From: Deltaproteobacteria bacterium UBA5758
GTDB lineage: Bacteria; Desulfobacterota; Syntrophorhabdia; Syntrophorhabdales; Syntrophorhabdaceae
DNA: 17,632 nucleotides
NCBI GenBank assembly: GCA_002418945.1
Contig: DIFC01000046.1
Coordinates: forward strand, 1-17,632
Direction: 5' to 3'
The notes below the pieces were generated by a model, which ran no database searches, was not told the origin of the DNA, and was given only the letters and a program-made list of their open reading frames with translations. The position numbers were made by a program, and so were the translations under genes. Positions 15,972 to 17,632 of the stretch are shown here, piece by piece. Numbering within the stretch: position 1 is the first letter of the stretch; each line of letters opens with the position of its first letter.

Positions 15972-16021
15972 TCCGTGGCCTCCTGTACAGAGCATCTTCA
16001 ACTGTTTTGAGTTTTAAATTA

Positions 16022-16037
16022 TGCAAATGTCATACCA
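16022..16037 (-). promoter_or_regulatory. Sigma-54 (-24/-12) promoter upstream of ubiX: TGGTATG-ACAT-TTGCA
   Basis: GG-N10-GC spacing exact; 10 of 12 defined positions match TGGCACG-N4-TTGCW; AT-rich flank; about 50 bp upstream of the ubiX ATG, next to a sigma-54 activator gene. Confidence 0.78.
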
Positions 16038-16207
16038 TTTAAGTTTTTTAACCAGTTATCCAATATTAAAAAATTATGGAAGCATTGAGAGGGGGATAAT
16101 TTCTTAGCTGGATCGTGTGCCGTTTGTGATTCTTCGCTGCTTTTACCCAAAGGAGATTTTATGCCCTTGGGCGTAGAACTTAAAAGGAAATTATGAAAGT
16201 CTATAAG

Positions 16208-17632
16208 TTATTTGGTGATGATGTTGTACAGTTTCATCTTTTTGTAAAGAGTAACCCTTGACATATTTAGGAGTATTGCTGCCTGCCTTTTGTTGCCCTT
16301 GGTTCTTTCGAGAACGGATAAAATCAAATTTTTTTCATCCTTTTCAGGCATTCGGCTTTCCGCGGAAAAAACATGAGCAAAACCGGTCTCTTGGTCCTCG
16401 GGGGAAAGTATTTCTCTCGGCAGGTGTTCTAATGCAATCTCGCGCGCATCCCATGCAGTGATGGCTATCTGCTCCAGTATGTGTATAAGTTGCCTTACAT
16501 TCCCGGGCCACTGGTAGCTGATAAGCTTATCCAAAGCTTCTTTGGTATATCCTCTGATATTGGTTTTAAAGGATTTATTGATATTATCCAGGAAAGAATG
16601 CAAATACAAGGGGATATCTTCCGGGCGTTCACGCAGACTGGGGGCGTGCAGACTTGCTGAGGCTACCCTGTAATAAAGATCATGGCGAAATTTTCCTTCC
16701 TCTACGAGTTTGCGCAGGTCCACATTTGTGGCCGCAATAAACCGGAAATTTACCTTAACGGCCTTGTTGCTTCCCAACCTTTGTATCTCTCTCTCCTGAA
16801 GCACACGTAAAAGCTTTGCCTGAATCGAGAGGGGCAATGACGAGATTTCATCTAAAAACACGATGCCATTATTAGCTGTCTCAAAAATGCCTGCTTTGCC
16901 CGATGAATTTGCGCCTGTATATGCCCCCTTCTCGTACCCAAAAAGTTGGGATTCGGCGAGTTCAAAAGGAATGGCAGGGCAATTTAATTTTACAAAAGGC
17001 TTATCGTTGCACCGGTAGCTATGAATGCTGTGGGCGAACAATTCCTTACCGGTTCCACTCTCTCCCTCAATCAGAACATCGGCATCAAGCATTGATATTC
17101 TTTTTGCAGTAGCTACGGTGTCTCGGATTAACCAGCTTTTGCCTAAGATACTGTCAAAGGTGTATGCCGAACTGTACTCAGTTTTCTGCCTTTGCTTGAG
17201 ATTGTGCATTTCATTCTTCAGACGAGTTATTTCTTTGTGCACCTTTTCCAGTTCTTCAAGAGGATGAAAGACTATCCTCCCGATGGCGCCAACAATCTCC
17301 CCCTTTGTTCTGAGTGGATAAACAGAAGTTACCCTCTTGACCTCCCCGACTTCCCTTACTCTCCCGATGACAGGGGTTCCTGTTGTTATCGCCAATTGGT
17401 AATCTGAAGCGGGCGCCAGCTCCAGTATGTTCTTGCCTATGCCGCCGCCGGGTTGTAGCCCCAAAAATTTCTCTGTCGGTGGGTCGATGAACTGGATAAT
17501 GTAATTTTTGTCTATTACCGTAATGCTTTCATAACGGTTTTTGAAGCAAAACTTTACTACTGAAGCAATGACAGGGTTATATGGGTACGGTTCAATCGCC
17601 GCGAGCAAATCCTGCCTTTCCTTGTTCTTCAT
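16208..17632 (-). CDS. Sigma-54-dependent transcriptional activator: PAS sensor, AAA+ domain, Fis-type HTH (5' end at window edge; may be complete or extend beyond)
   Basis: 474 aa; PAS-like N-terminus, GESGTGKE Walker A, GAYTGA (sigma-54 contact loop), GIVFLDEISSL Walker B, C-terminal LERTKGNKRQAAILLNMSRVTLYKKMKLY. Confidence 0.93.
   Translation of the reverse strand: MKNKERQDLLAAIEPYPYNPVIASVVKFCFKNRYESITVIDKNYIIQFIDPPTEKFLGLQPGGGIGKNILELAPASDYQLAITTGTPVIGRVREVGEVKRVTSVYPLRTKGEIVGAIGRIVFHPLEELEKVHKEITRLKNEMHNLKQRQKTEYSSAYTFDSILGKSWLIRDTVATAKRISMLDADVLIEGESGTGKELFAHSIHSYRCNDKPFVKLNCPAIPFELAESQLFGYEKGAYTGANSSGKAGIFETANNGIVFLDEISSLPLSIQAKLLRVLQEREIQRLGSNKAVKVNFRFIAATNVDLRKLVEEGKFRHDLYYRVASASLHAPSLRERPEDIPLYLHSFLDNINKSFKTNIRGYTKEALDKLISYQWPGNVRQLIHILEQIAITAWDAREIALEHLPREILSPEDQETGFAHVFSAESRMPEKDEKNLILSVLERTKGNKRQAAILLNMSRVTLYKKMKLYNIITK

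Noticed and set aside
15972-16001. 10-residue N-terminal extension of UbiX
   Set aside because: Conserved UbiX begins MKKIIVGITGA; ATG 15971 has AGGAGG at 7-nt spacing
1-17632. CRISPR arrays, phage, transposase, toxin-antitoxin or retron-type defence systems
   Set aside because: No regularly spaced repeats and no proteins with corresponding motifs were seen; the Tm-1-like protein's plant antiviral homologue was not taken as evidence of bacterial defence, given its metabolic operon context

Overview
Bacterial chromosomal window with two parts. (1) Positions ~95-3455 hold a tightly packed central-metabolism block: gap, pgk, tpiA and secG, followed 2 nt later by a tRNA-Leu(GAG). A HAD hydrolase and an orphan NarL/LuxR-type response regulator come next. 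(2) Positions ~5288-17632 hold an accessory locus that looks like anaerobic aromatic (phenol-type) activation by phosphorylation then carboxylation. It contains a stand-alone PEP-synthase-like ATP-grasp subunit (PpsB-like), a Tm-1-like/UPF0261 protein, a DhbE/EntE-type acyl-AMP ligase, a separate PEP-utilizer phosphohistidine 'mobile domain' subunit (PpsA-like) and a UbiD-family (de)carboxylase. On the opposite strand are an MBL-fold hydrolase, a radical SAM protein with an atypical CX4CX2C motif, UbiX flavin prenyltransferase, and a PAS-AAA+-Fis sigma-54 activator. A strong -24/-12 sigma-54 promoter match (TGGTATG-N4-TTGCA) lies upstream of ubiX. The overall chemistry resembles known phenylphosphate synthase/carboxylase systems. 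The odd points are the separated synthase subunits with UPF0261 and the ligase between them, the absence of visible third-synthase and accessory carboxylase subunits, the unusual ligase, UPF0261 and radical SAM motifs, and several unexplained leader/hairpin elements. No CRISPR array, phage or transposase genes were recognised.
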